Shown piece after piece: positions 20,728 through 30,705 of a stretch of 64,000 nucleotides of DNA. The notes under the pieces are model-generated. The model was not told the origin of the DNA, made no database searches, and worked only from the letters and a program-made list of their open reading frames with translations. Position numbers and translations under genes: made by a program. Positions within the stretch are counted from its first letter, which is position 1. Each line of letters opens with the position of its first letter. Where the stretch lies: contig OZ250169.1 in the NCBI GenBank assembly GCA_965237955.1, positions 1,728,001 through 1,792,000 of the forward strand, read 5' to 3'. This stretch comes from Candidatus Marinacidobacterales bacterium. GTDB taxonomy: Bacteria > Acidobacteriota > Vicinamibacteria > Marinacidobacterales > SMYC01.

Positions 20728-20993
20728 CAGCGCTCGTGATTCTTGTCGCGGGACCGCCTCATGGCTTCCTTGTGGGACACCAATCGCCCTGAGCGAATGT
20801 CATCCTCTGAGCGCTCCATCATGCGTTGGAACTCTGGATCCTGCTCGATTTGGTCGAGTCGTGAATCCATATCCGCGTACAACTGAATCGCTTCGCGGAC
20901 TACGAAGCTGAGATTTCCCGCCCGATCGGCGGCTAGCTTCTCGAGCACTTCATTGGTTCGGTCATCCAGGACGAATTGGCGACGCTTCGACAT
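20727..20993 (-). CDS. RHH/CopG-type antitoxin
   Basis: RQFVLDD..LEKLA..NLSFVVREAI; DIRSGRLVSH. Confidence 0.8.
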   Translation of the reverse strand: MSKRRQFVLDDRTNEVLEKLAADRAGNLSFVVREAIQLYADMDSRLDQIEQDPEFQRMMERSEDDIRSGRLVSHKEAMRRSRDKNHER

Positions 20994-21014
20994 TGTGTTT
21001 TCCTCGCGCCTACC

Positions 21015-21058
21015 AGTTTAGCGAGATAATCATGCATAGTCAATACTATTCATGAATA
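21015..21058 (-). promoter_or_regulatory. sigma70 promoter of the TA operon with adjacent palindrome
   Basis: Minus strand TTGACT-17 nt-TAAACT; TATTCATGAATA palindrome at 21047-21058. Confidence 0.6.
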
Positions 21059-21211
21059 TTGTGCAAACATACTGAAATCCGGATACGCCGTGACCATACT
21101 GTTACTTCAGCTCGACGTGGTCGGCGCCGAGCAGGAGGCGGTTTCCCAGCTCGATGACGCCCCGCGTGGGTCGACGCGCGTACACGGAGACGATTCGAAG
21201 ACTGACGAACT

Positions 21212-21856
21212 CTAATTAATCGCGAAGCAGTAGAACAAGCCGTCGCCGCCCGTGTCCTGGAGGTTCTCCTGGCTGCAACCGCTGCTCGGGTGCGACGAGT
21301 TCCACGACGTCGGGTTCGAGCCACCGCCTTGGCGGTCGTGGTGGCCAACGAGTGCGCTACCGTTTTCTGCGTTGGTCGTCCAGTTCTGGCAGTTGGTGTC
21401 GACACTGTCCGAGCTCGCGGTGCCGTCCATCTGCGACCCCGTCAAAATATCGTGACGGTTGGGATCATCTCCACGGCCGTTGATCTTCTTGCCTTCGGCG
21501 CTGATGGAGTTTTCCTTGGAGAGCTTGTTGTTGTCGCTGTGGAGGTCCGAGACGCTCGACGCCACCTGGACGCCGTTCGCGCTGTGCCATGGGCCGGTGC
21601 CGATGCGATCCTTGGCGTTGACGCCGCCGCTACCGGTCGTGCTCAAGTAGGCGCGCCACGTTTTGCCGGTCACACCCGCGGCTTCCGCCAACGCGGTGCA
21701 ATGCGCGTCGGCGCCTTCGAGCCCGCCGAGGTTCGCGCCGTCGCCGGGTCCTTTGCCCGTGAGAAAGAAGCTCATGTCCGCGTCTTGCGCCATCATCGAA
21801 TGCGCCGCAAACGCAAACAGAGCGATCACCACCATGAAAATGAGTGCCTTCTTCAT
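21212..21856 (-). CDS. Secreted lectin-like protein (C-type lectin/endostatin-like fold)
   Basis: NLGGLEGADAHC, WRAYLS, RIGTGPW, HDILTGS, GDGLFYCFA. Confidence 0.8.
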   Translation of the reverse strand: MKKALIFMVVIALFAFAAHSMMAQDADMSFFLTGKGPGDGANLGGLEGADAHCTALAEAAGVTGKTWRAYLSTTGSGGVNAKDRIGTGPWHSANGVQVASSVSDLHSDNNKLSKENSISAEGKKINGRGDDPNRHDILTGSQMDGTASSDSVDTNCQNWTTNAENGSALVGHHDRQGGGSNPTSWNSSHPSSGCSQENLQDTGGDGLFYCFAIN

Positions 21857-21879
21857 TGAGAAACTCCTTGTTACTGACT

Positions 21880-22480
21880 GATATTACCGGAAGAGATCGT
21901 GTGACTTGGACGTGGGCGTTGGTCCAGCAGCATTGCGAGCCGCCCCCGCCGTTACCAGAATTATCGTTGGCTTGAAGTCGAAGGATGTAGTCGCCGGGCT
22001 CGCTGAAAGTTGCAGTCGTCACTGCTGTGCCGTCTTCTTTGCTGACCTCCGGCTCAGCATTCTCGAACGTCACCTCGCTCGGGCCGCGATACTTGCTCCA
22101 CGATAGCTTCACGGGCGGATCGATAGCGCGTTCAGGCCGGAAAGGGTCGACGATGACGCCGTCGTCGCTCGCCGATACTTTGAGCGTCATCGGCGCGGAC
22201 GTCGTGCCCTCGAACGACGCGGTGAAACCCATGGGCGGGCCTTGTTGGGCGGAACCCTCGAGTGCGAACCGAACCGTGGGAGGCGTGTTGTCCTGCGCCT
22301 TCTCTTGGTAGGGTTCCACTTCCCAATCCTTCTTCAAGGCCATCGGTATCTCGGTCGGCTTGTTGTTAGCGTTCAAATACCAGGTCAGCTTCTTGTTGCC
22401 GAAATCTGCCGGTACCTTGATCGTGAAGATACCCCAATTTCGCCTCGGGAGGAAGTGCGTTGGTTGTCCCTGATCGGGCC
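21880..22480 (-). pseudogene. 5'-truncated fragment of a secreted hypothetical protein with Ig/PKD-like C-terminus
   Basis: GPDQGQPTHFLPRR..WSKYRGP..PGDYILRLQAND..CCWTN; no start region or signal peptide. Confidence 0.6.
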
Positions 22481-22540
22481 CGCCCGATTGTTTGCGCCTC
22501 GCGCGGGCTTCGAGGATGATGACGCGACGCTCATACAGCC

Positions 22541-23585
22541 ATGGATCCTATCGTACACACGCTCGTCGGAGCTTCTCTCGCACAGACCGGATTACGACGC
22601 ACGACGCCGTACGCCGCCGCGGCCCTCATCGCCGGCGCGAACCTTCCCGACATCGACGTGCTCGCCACGTTCGGCGGCTCCGATTTCTCGCTTTGGTTCC
22701 GACGCGGTTGGTCGCATGGCGTGCCCGCGCTCGTGCTGCTCCCGATTCTGCTGACCGGCCTTCTCGTGTTCCTGGTCTTACCTTGCTATCTTGACCCATC
22801 CGACGCTCGACTGGATGAACAACTACGGCATGCGGTGGCTCATGCCGATCGAAGAGCGTTGGTTCTACGGCGACACGCTCTTCATCGTCGATCTTTGGAT
22901 ATGGACGACGCTCGGGGGCGTGGTGTTTCTCGCACGGGAAAGACGTCTTCCGAGCTTCGCGATGTGGGGACTCTTTGCCACGTTTGCTGGGTACATGCTC
23001 TTCACCGTTGTCCCGGGACTCCTGCCAGCGAAGATCTTCTGGTGCGCAGCGCTCGCCGGCATCCTCTTCCTTCGCTGGCGACGTGTCGGGCGGGAGGAAA
23101 CCCCATCCCGGCGACTGGCCATCGGTGCCGTAGCCGCCGTCACCATTTACGTTCTCGTCTTGAGCGCGGCGACTCGATACACACGGCGAAGCGTCGTGGA
23201 CGCGATGACAGCAACAGGAGCCACGGTCGAAACGATCATGGTGGGGCCCGTTCCCGTCACCCCGTTCGTTCGCGACGTCGTCGTGCAAACGCCGGAGGGC
23301 TACTACTACGGCCGCGCCAACCTGTGGCCGGAGTTCGAGCTCGAGCTCGCACCGCGAACGGTACCGCTTCTCGAAGACTCGCCCATCGTGCGCGCGGCGA
23401 CCGCCTCTCCTACCGTGCGCGGTTTCATGAACTGGGCGCGGTTTCCGTTCGCCGAAGTCGAGGAAACTTCGTCGGGCTACGCGGTCTATTTGAGCGACGC
23501 CCGGTATACGCGCACGCGCGGCGCGGGATTCGGGTCGGCTCGCGTCGAGATCCCGAAAGAGCGCGTCGACACCGACGGGCGATAG
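22541..23585 (+). pseudogene. Metal-dependent hydrolase (YdjM-like), broken or internally deleted near 22790
   Basis: MDPIVHTLVG, ANLPDID, RRGWSH, then THPTLDWMNNYG in another frame. Confidence 0.8.
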
Positions 23586-23589
23586 TTCG

Positions 23590-23910
23590 AAAATTGCTGG
23601 TGCTGGGTTATGGTCGCGACGCTCTCGGGGATCGGCCTCGGGTTTCTCGCGCTCGGGTTCTTGTTTCAAACCTACGCGCGTCCCATCGTCGGTCTGACGA
23701 CGTTGACTCTCGTGTTCATCGTCTACCTGGGCAGGATGCGGTTCCTGTGGCGGCTGCCGGGGAGCTTCGTCGTTCTTCTCATCGGTGGGATCCTGTCCTG
23801 GGTCTCCGGGATCGCGCCCATTGGCGACGATCCGTTGGCCCCGTTGGAGTCTATGCACCCCGCCTTGCGCTTGGCGAGACGTGGCAAGCGCTCCGCGGAG
23901 GTCAGCTCTT
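23590..23910 (+). pseudogene. Internal fragment of an NCS2-like permease
   Basis: ATLSGIGLGFLALGF..YARPIVGL..YLGRMRF..LPG; no termini. Confidence 0.5.
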
Positions 23911-23919
23911 GCCGTACCT

Positions 23920-24105
23920 ATCGATCAAATCACACGTCGCCAGCGCATCGAGCTCGGTGGTTTTCGTAAGGCGAGGAGCGGGCGGCACGTTGTCGAGCTT
24001 GTCTTTCGATATGTCGACGAGTGTCGTGTCGTAACCGTGGGCGCACCAGTGTGCGGCGATACCGGACCCCATGACGCCGGCGACGACGACTCCCAAACGT
24101 CCGAG
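23920..24105 (-). pseudogene. 3-hydroxyacyl-CoA dehydrogenase NAD-binding fragment
   Basis: GVVVAGVMGSGIA..LVDIS..LDALATCDLI. Confidence 0.6.
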
Positions 24106-24114
24106 CCGGCAGCA

Positions 24115-25527
24115 AAGAAGCACTCGTCGCACGCGCCGCGTCGTTCGAGCTCGACACGCCGTATGAGTCGCCGCCGGGCGATCCGCTCGAGCACCATGCG
24201 GCGGGGTTCGCGAAGATCCTGTGCTCGGCCGTTTTCATCACCGGTCTCGACGTCGATTTTGCGGCCGAAGCCATCGGCTACTTTTCCGCCCCGTACGAGC
24301 TGCGGAAGGAGCTCACCGATCGCAAAGTCGACCACGAGAACAAAGCCGTGCATGTCACGCTACCCAACGGCGTCGTCCGTACCGCGAAGTACTACGGGGA
24401 CCAGGGATGCGTCGCGCTTCCCGAAGGCGAAGACAGCGTCTACTTCACCCCGGTCGAGATCGAACCCAACCTTCCCGATCCGGCGGTGACGCCATGGCCG
24501 ATGGGAGACGTCCTTCCCGATGACCCCCTCCCGCCCGAGCTCGACGCGGAGAAAGTGCAGGCGGCGGTCGACGCGGCGTTCGAGCCCGCGGAAGGCCTCA
24601 CCGCCGCATTCGTGGTGACGTGGAAAGGGCGTCTCATCGGCGAACGCTACCGGGAAGGCATTACCGTGCATACGCCGCTCGAAAGCTGGTCGATGGGGAA
24701 GAGTCTCACCGCGACGCTCATGGGCATTCTCATCCATCAAGGCGAGTACGAGCTCTATCAGCCTGCGCCCGTTCCCGAATGGCAAGAGGAAGGCGATCCA
24801 CGTGGCGAGATCCGTATCGCCGACATCATGAGCATGTCGAGCGGCCTGCGATTCAGGAACATGGGTGACCCCGAGTGGGATCCTGCACTCGGCTATCCCG
24901 ATCATCTTTACGTCTACACCGGCACCGTGAACTCGTTCGAATACGCCGCGACGAGACCTCAGCAATGGCCTCCGAACACGATCGGTCGTTACCGCAACTC
25001 CGACCCCGTGCTCACGAACTATCTGGTTCGCCTCGCCGTGGAGCGTCGCGGTGACGAGTATCTGTCGTTTCCGCAACGAGAGCTCTTCAACAAGATCGGC
25101 ATCCGAAACCTCGTTGCCGAGACCGATCCCTACGGAGATTTCCTGCTTCAAGGCTACGAATTCGGCACCGGACGCGACTGGGCACGGCTGGGCAATCTTT
25201 ACGTGCAAGACGGCGTCTGGGACGGCGAGCGGATCCTGCCTGAAGGGTTCGTGGAGTTCGTGGGTACGGTTGCGCCCGCTTGGGAAGCCGACGGTCGTCC
25301 TATCTACGGAGCCCTTCTGGATCAACGGGACGGGTACTTATCCCATCCCGAAGGAGTCGTACTACATGGCCGGCGCCGGGAACCAGAAGACGATCATCAT
25401 ACCGTCCCACGACCTCGTGGTCGTTCGCCTCGGCCACTACCAGGGAGCGCAGCCGGGCGACGAAGGGCTTTCGAATGCCCTCGCGCTGTTGATGGAGGCG
25501 GTGCCGGAGAGCGCAACGTCCAGTTGA
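24115..25527 (+). CDS. Serine hydrolase (beta-lactamase/class C-like), 5'-truncated, frameshift near 25310
   Basis: SWSMGKS (SxxK), MSSGL, DWARLG.LY, FWIN..YYMAGAGNQ..IIPSHDLVVVRLG. Confidence 0.8.
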
Positions 25528-25551
25528 AGTTCTGGCCTCACGTTTCAAGGA

Positions 25552-26160
25552 GTGTTCATGACATTGAGAGTTTCGCGCCTCGCGCTCTGCGCCGCCGTCG
25601 CGTTCGTGAGCGTCGAGTGTGCGTCCACCAAGATGACCAAGAACTGGGTCTATCCGGAGCATGGGCCACTCGATTTCGAGAACATCCTCGCGATCGTGCT
25701 CGTCCAGGACTCGCTCGTGCGCCGCTCCGGCGAAGACGAGCTCGTCCGGCAAATCCGCAAAGCGAAAGCGATCGCGTCCTACACGCTCATACCGGATCAG
25801 GACATGCAGCATGAGAACCGTGTCCGGCAGGCGGTGACCGATACCGGCGTCGACGCGATCATCGTCATGCGCCCCGTCTTCGATGAGCAAGAGCTTCGCT
25901 ACGTTCCTGGCAGCTACCCGGCGGCGTACAACAGCTTCTACGGGTACTACGGGTGGGCCTATCCGGTAGTTTATTCGCCCGGCTATTTTCGCAACGACCG
26001 CATCGTCGGGGTCGAGACCAACGTTTACGACACCAGCGACGGCAAGCTGGTGTGGTCCGGTGTGAGCCAGACGACGAACCCGAAGGATACACAGAAGCTG
26101 GTCGCGGATACCGCCAAAGCGGTCCGAAGCGTGATGCGAAAGTACGGCTTTATCTCGTAG
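25552..26160 (+). CDS. Putative lipoprotein (DUF4136-like)
   Basis: Signal-like N-terminus with Cys; YYG-rich segment; ETNVYD...KLVWSG. Confidence 0.7.
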   Translation: MFMTLRVSRLALCAAVAFVSVECASTKMTKNWVYPEHGPLDFENILAIVLVQDSLVRRSGEDELVRQIRKAKAIASYTLIPDQDMQHENRVRQAVTDTGVDAIIVMRPVFDEQELRYVPGSYPAAYNSFYGYYGWAYPVVYSPGYFRNDRIVGVETNVYDTSDGKLVWSGVSQTTNPKDTQKLVADTAKAVRSVMRKYGFIS

Positions 26161-26169
26161 CGCGTCGCC

Positions 26170-28728
26170 TCACTGCAACAGCGCGTTGAACAGAAGCTTG
26201 AAAGTTCCGTGCGTCTGGGCACGGTGCTGCGTGCGAAAGCCAATAAGGACGACACTTCCATCGCCTAGCTTCGCCGACACCATCGCCGCCTTGTTGGCCA
26301 GATGCTTCTCGCCGATGAGCCAGCCGCTCTGCAAGATGTCGCGGTCGATGTAGCGCACGATCGTCTCGTAGCGATCGTTACCGCGTGACGGTGTGATCTC
26401 GAAAGCGGAGTTTTCCCAAAAGAGTGCGAGACCTTTCGAAGGCATCCCATACGCCAAGGGATGGCTGTTGTCGATGGTCACTTTGAGCGTCGAGCCGGGG
26501 CTGTAGAACTCTTTGTGGTCGATGCCGTCGACGACGTTACGCACGTTGAGCTCGAACTTGTCGATTGCGAAGTTGGTAGCGCCTCCGAGAGCGATGAGAG
26601 TCCCACCGTTCTCGACGAAATCTTTGAGCGCCTCGGTTCCTTCGTCACCGATGCCGCTCATGTACTCGGGAGGGTAGGCAGTGGGAGGACGGCCCGGTCG
26701 CGGTTCTTCGTCTTCGCCGGTGATCATGGCCGTCGTGTCGTGCGGCAGGATGATGACATCGAAGTTGGCGTTCAATCCACCGCTTTGGATCTCGGCGTCC
26801 TTGACCGATTTGTAGGGAAACGCGAACTGCTCCAATAAGAAGCGGGTCCAGCCTTCATCCATGTTGCCGCCGCGGTAACGGTGGTACATGCCGACGCGCA
26901 TGCGTTTCAGATCGTGGATCCCGGACGAAGGCTCCCGACCCAAAGCTCGAAAGTCCACTCCGGTCGCCTCGGCAACGTCGGCCAACCCGGAGCCCCCCGA
27001 CACGATGAAATCACCGGGCTCGAGGCCGGCGGAAGCCTGGTCGACACGGCGCACGGTCGCGCCGTTATCGAGCAATAGATTCGCCGCCTTGTAGCTCGCG
27101 TTGAGTTTTCCATCGAGCACGAACCGTGAGCTTCCCGATGCCACGCTTCCTGACACCAGCACTGCGCTCGACAGTTTTTCGAAGTCGTCGACGGCCTCGT
27201 CGACGGCATGGACGCGCACGCCCATGAACTCGGCCATGGTGTGGGTGGCGGTGTCATACGGCCGAAGAGGTGTGCCGTCCCGCCCGCGGGTCCACTCGTT
27301 ATCGGGATAGAACGTTTGTCCGAGAAGGTTCCGGACCAGCCCCATCTTGGGCTGCGCGAGCGACACGATGTACGAACCTTCCTCAAAGCTCATGCCGTCG
27401 ACCGAGAACGCTTGGTCCGCTTTCTGGATCTCGATGTCGGACATCAACAGTGTGTTGATCATCTTCGTCGCGGTCAGCGGATCGTGTTGCGTCGTCGGGA
27501 TCACATAGGCTTTCGGGCTGCCGGAAGCGCCGCGCTCCGTTTGCCGCTTCGCCTTCAAGTAGCCGTTCCAAAGGACCGTTTCTTTGTTGCGGGCCGCCAG
27601 GTCTTGAATGGCCCACGCCGCGACCTTCTGCTGCTCGACGATGTCCCGGAGCCTCCACCAGCCACCCGGCCACGGGTTCGGCATATTCGACTGTGCGTCG
27701 TATTCGGGGAGCCCGCGTGCTCCGCCGCGGAGTTGATCGGGATGGAGGTAGAGCGGTGTCGCGAGGCTCGCGCTCGCGGCCTCGGTCAACATCCCGGCCA
27801 TGTTGTGGAACGGCGTAATCCAGTGCCATCCGAAATGACCCCAGCCTGGATACTGCCCCGCATTGAGAACGCCAGCCTGGCCAGCTTCTTCCAGCTTGTA
27901 GGCGATGTGGGCGCCGTACCAGGAGATCTCGCGCCACATCAAGGGATCGGCGTAGGGCCGGATGGGCTCGCTGTACGGCGGTACGTAGAACCGAGCGCCG
28001 TAGCTTCCCATCTGGTGATGGTCGACGTAGGCCTCGGGCTTCCAATCGACGTACATGACCTTTGCGGTGTAGACCGCCTCGACCATGTTGAGAAAATCGG
28101 CATCGCGGTTGTTATCGTGGCCGACGTACTTGTGGTAGAGCCACGGAAGGCCGACGCCTTCGTACTCGGTGTCTTTGTTCTGGTAGTACCAGTCGGTGAC
28201 CATGATCTGGCCATCGGGGTTGAAGCAGGGGAACATCAGCAGGATCGTGTTGTCGAGGATCCGCCTCGTCTCCGCGTCGTCGCGGGAAAGCAGATCGTAG
28301 GCGAGCTCGGGAGCCGTTTGCGCAGCGGCGACCTCGGTCGCGTGAAGACCGAACGACTGGCTCACCACCGCCACGCCTTCGCCGATAAGCTCTTTCACTT
28401 CGGCCTCGGGCGTGCGGGGATCCTGGATACTGACGTTCACTTCCCGGAGGCGCTCGAGGTTCGCCATGTTCGCGGGCGACGAGATGATCACGAGAAGGTA
28501 GGGATGGCCTTCGGTCGATGGGCCGAGGTCGGTGACTTGGATCCGATCGCTCTCCCCTTCGAGAAGCTCGAAGTATTCGACGATCTTGTCCCATCGAGCT
28601 AGCTCACGGTCGGTGCCTAGCTGGAAGCCGAAAAACGCGTCGGGCGGAGTGATGTCGTTCGCCGCGCCGGCGGTCGAGGCCAAGCTCGCGAGTGCGAGAC
28701 AAACGCCGAGAACCATTTTGAGCTTCAT
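26170..28728 (-). CDS. Secreted M14 zinc carboxypeptidase with C-terminal GATase-like domain
   Basis: HATE zinc motif, NPDG, GHDNNRD, DHHQMG; MDEGWTRF. Confidence 0.9.
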   Translation of the reverse strand: MKLKMVLGVCLALASLASTAGAANDITPPDAFFGFQLGTDRELARWDKIVEYFELLEGESDRIQVTDLGPSTEGHPYLLVIISSPANMANLERLREVNVSIQDPRTPEAEVKELIGEGVAVVSQSFGLHATEVAAAQTAPELAYDLLSRDDAETRRILDNTILLMFPCFNPDGQIMVTDWYYQNKDTEYEGVGLPWLYHKYVGHDNNRDADFLNMVEAVYTAKVMYVDWKPEAYVDHHQMGSYGARFYVPPYSEPIRPYADPLMWREISWYGAHIAYKLEEAGQAGVLNAGQYPGWGHFGWHWITPFHNMAGMLTEAASASLATPLYLHPDQLRGGARGLPEYDAQSNMPNPWPGGWWRLRDIVEQQKVAAWAIQDLAARNKETVLWNGYLKAKRQTERGASGSPKAYVIPTTQHDPLTATKMINTLLMSDIEIQKADQAFSVDGMSFEEGSYIVSLAQPKMGLVRNLLGQTFYPDNEWTRGRDGTPLRPYDTATHTMAEFMGVRVHAVDEAVDDFEKLSSAVLVSGSVASGSSRFVLDGKLNASYKAANLLLDNGATVRRVDQASAGLEPGDFIVSGGSGLADVAEATGVDFRALGREPSSGIHDLKRMRVGMYHRYRGGNMDEGWTRFLLEQFAFPYKSVKDAEIQSGGLNANFDVIILPHDTTAMITGEDEEPRPGRPPTAYPPEYMSGIGDEGTEALKDFVENGGTLIALGGATNFAIDKFELNVRNVVDGIDHKEFYSPGSTLKVTIDNSHPLAYGMPSKGLALFWENSAFEITPSRGNDRYETIVRYIDRDILQSGWLIGEKHLANKAAMVSAKLGDGSVVLIGFRTQHRAQTHGTFKLLFNALLQ

Positions 28729-28781
28729 GAGCGCACCTCTCTCGTTGGCGGATTCTACTGGTTTGAGTGGTGCTGCGCGAA

Positions 28782-29768
28782 CTAGCGGCCGTCGGGCCAG
28801 ATGCCGATGTCGCGGTAGTATCGGATGGCGCCGGGGTGGAACGGTGTGCCGTTATCGCGCACGACGTTGTCGGCCCTGATGAACTGGCCCGCGGGGTGTT
28901 TTTCGGCGATGCGATCCCCGTTCTCGTAAATGGTTCGCGTGATCTCGTAGGCGAGCTCGTCGTCCATATCTTCATGAACGATCACGTGCATCGAGCCGCA
29001 GTTGAGACCGGTGAACTCTTCGTCCTGCCCGCGGTACGTTCCGGCGGGGATAGGAACGTCGAAGTAGAACGGATATTGCTCGACGAGCGCGGCGCGGCGG
29101 TCATCGTCGAAGGGTACGAGAAGAATGTCGGAAGACGTCGTTGCTTGCACAATCGACGCCGTGGGAACGGCGCCGCCGAGAAACGCGGCAGCGGCGGATC
29201 CGTCGGCGAGCATGTCGACCGATCCGGCTTGAGTATTGTTGAGCGGCGTGAAGTCGTCGTAGCTGAGCCCGTGGGCTGCGAGGATCGGCCGCATGAAAAA
29301 CTCCCACCCCGCGCCCGCTACCCCGACGACGACGCGCTTTCCGGCGAGATCGGCGATGGATTCGATCCCGGAGCCGCGAGGCGTCACGAACACGAGCACG
29401 TTGTGCGCCATCGTCATGAGGCTTCGCATGCGGTACGGTTTGTCCCAGCTGCCTTCGCCACGCACCGCGAAGTATGTGATCGACGAGTTGGCAAGACCGA
29501 TCTCGAGCTCGCCCCGGTCGATGCGGCGGATGCTCTCGAGTGTACCCTTCGTCGCTTCCGACGTGACGTCCCAACGGTTGTCGCCGTGCTCGGTGAGCAC
29601 TTCGGCGAGAGCGCCGCCAACGATGAAAAACGCCCCCCCGGGAGGAGCAGAACCGATGCTGAGGAATTGCTTGGAAGGCGCGTCGCCGTCGGAGCACGCC
29701 GCGTTGGCTGCTACGACGAGTCCGAGCGCGAGGACCCAGCGTCGACGAGGCGAATGATGGATGGCCAC
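28782..29768 (-). CDS. TAXI-family TRAP solute-binding protein
   Basis: IGSAPPGGAFF, ATKGTLES, DLAGKRVVVG..G, PFHPGA.RYY. Confidence 0.9.
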   Translation of the reverse strand: MAIHHSPRRRWVLALGLVVAANAACSDGDAPSKQFLSIGSAPPGGAFFIVGGALAEVLTEHGDNRWDVTSEATKGTLESIRRIDRGELEIGLANSSITYFAVRGEGSWDKPYRMRSLMTMAHNVLVFVTPRGSGIESIADLAGKRVVVGVAGAGWEFFMRPILAAHGLSYDDFTPLNNTQAGSVDMLADGSAAAAFLGGAVPTASIVQATTSSDILLVPFDDDRRAALVEQYPFYFDVPIPAGTYRGQDEEFTGLNCGSMHVIVHEDMDDELAYEITRTIYENGDRIAEKHPAGQFIRADNVVRDNGTPFHPGAIRYYRDIGIWPDGR

Positions 29769-29769
29769 G

Positions 29770-30492
29770 TCAGGGAAACTTGACCGGCTCGGTCGAAGTG
29801 AAGAGCTCGTCCGGCATCGAGGCGCCGACGAATATGTCTTCGAAGCGGATGCGCTCGTCGTTTCCAATGCGCTCGGTGGCGACGCGTATGCCGCCATAGC
29901 GGTGCCACCGCGTCCAGCGATAGTCTCCTTCGATTCCGCTTTCTAACTTGAACTTCCAGCGCTCCATCAGGTGGGTGTCGCGGTTGACGTAGGCCCAATA
30001 CTGGTCGCCCGGCGAGCGCCCCACATTATCGAACGTGAGATGCACTTTGTCGTAGACAACGCCGTCGATTTCTTCTTCGCCGTCATAGGAGAGATTGACT
30101 CCCGGGTCTCTCCATTTGAACGGCATGAGAAACCAATAGGTCGCGCCTGTCCACATCCGCGTTGCCTGCTTGAGGTAGTCTAAGAGCTCTTTGTGCCGGA
30201 GAGGTCGGCCTTCGACGTAGACTTTCCCCTGTCGCGTGTTGAGGTTCATCAAAACGACATAGGGAATGCCGGCATCGTTTCGCGATTCGATGCGGAGGCG
30301 ACCGAGCCAACGATCCCAAGTGAACGTGGGTTTGCGGTTTCGACGGACGTTGGTGAATCGAATGAACCGAGCTTGCTCCCAGTTCTCGCGGCCGCCCATG
30401 GCTTCGATCATCTCGTCGGCAACGCGGATTGCCTGCTGATCCTGTTCGTCGGGTGCGGCGAGCAGCGCAGCGAGGATGAGTGCTTGGAGCAT
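29770..30492 (-). CDS. Secreted hypothetical protein
   Basis: Signal peptide, MIEAMGG..W, YWFLMPFKW.DPGV, PGDQYW. Confidence 0.75.
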   Translation of the reverse strand: MLQALILAALLAAPDEQDQQAIRVADEMIEAMGGRENWEQARFIRFTNVRRNRKPTFTWDRWLGRLRIESRNDAGIPYVVLMNLNTRQGKVYVEGRPLRHKELLDYLKQATRMWTGATYWFLMPFKWRDPGVNLSYDGEEEIDGVVYDKVHLTFDNVGRSPGDQYWAYVNRDTHLMERWKFKLESGIEGDYRWTRWHRYGGIRVATERIGNDERIRFEDIFVGASMPDELFTSTEPVKFP

Positions 30493-30563
30493 GCGCGGGA
30501 TGATACCAGTTGGCCGAGAATCTTACGAGGTGCCTCGCGGCGCGATATTCTGCTGAACCCGGA

Positions 30564-30705
30564 ATGACAGACCACGGCGAAGTTACCGAGCTACACCATG
30601 CTTATGCGGGAGGGGATCGAGGCGCGTTCGATCGTGTCGTCCCCATGGTGTACAACGAGCTTCGTCGCATTGCCCGAAACCATCTTCGCCGCACCAAACC
30701 AAAGA
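30564..30705 (+). pseudogene. 5' fragment of an ECF sigma factor (TIGR02999-like) cut by ISL3
   Basis: EVTEL..Y.GGDRGAFDRVVPMVYNELRRIA; no continuation after the IS. Confidence 0.75.

Noticed and set aside
21212-21856. Lectin-fold gene as a diversity-generating retroelement target
   Set aside because: No reverse transcriptase and no template/variable repeat pair seen in the window.
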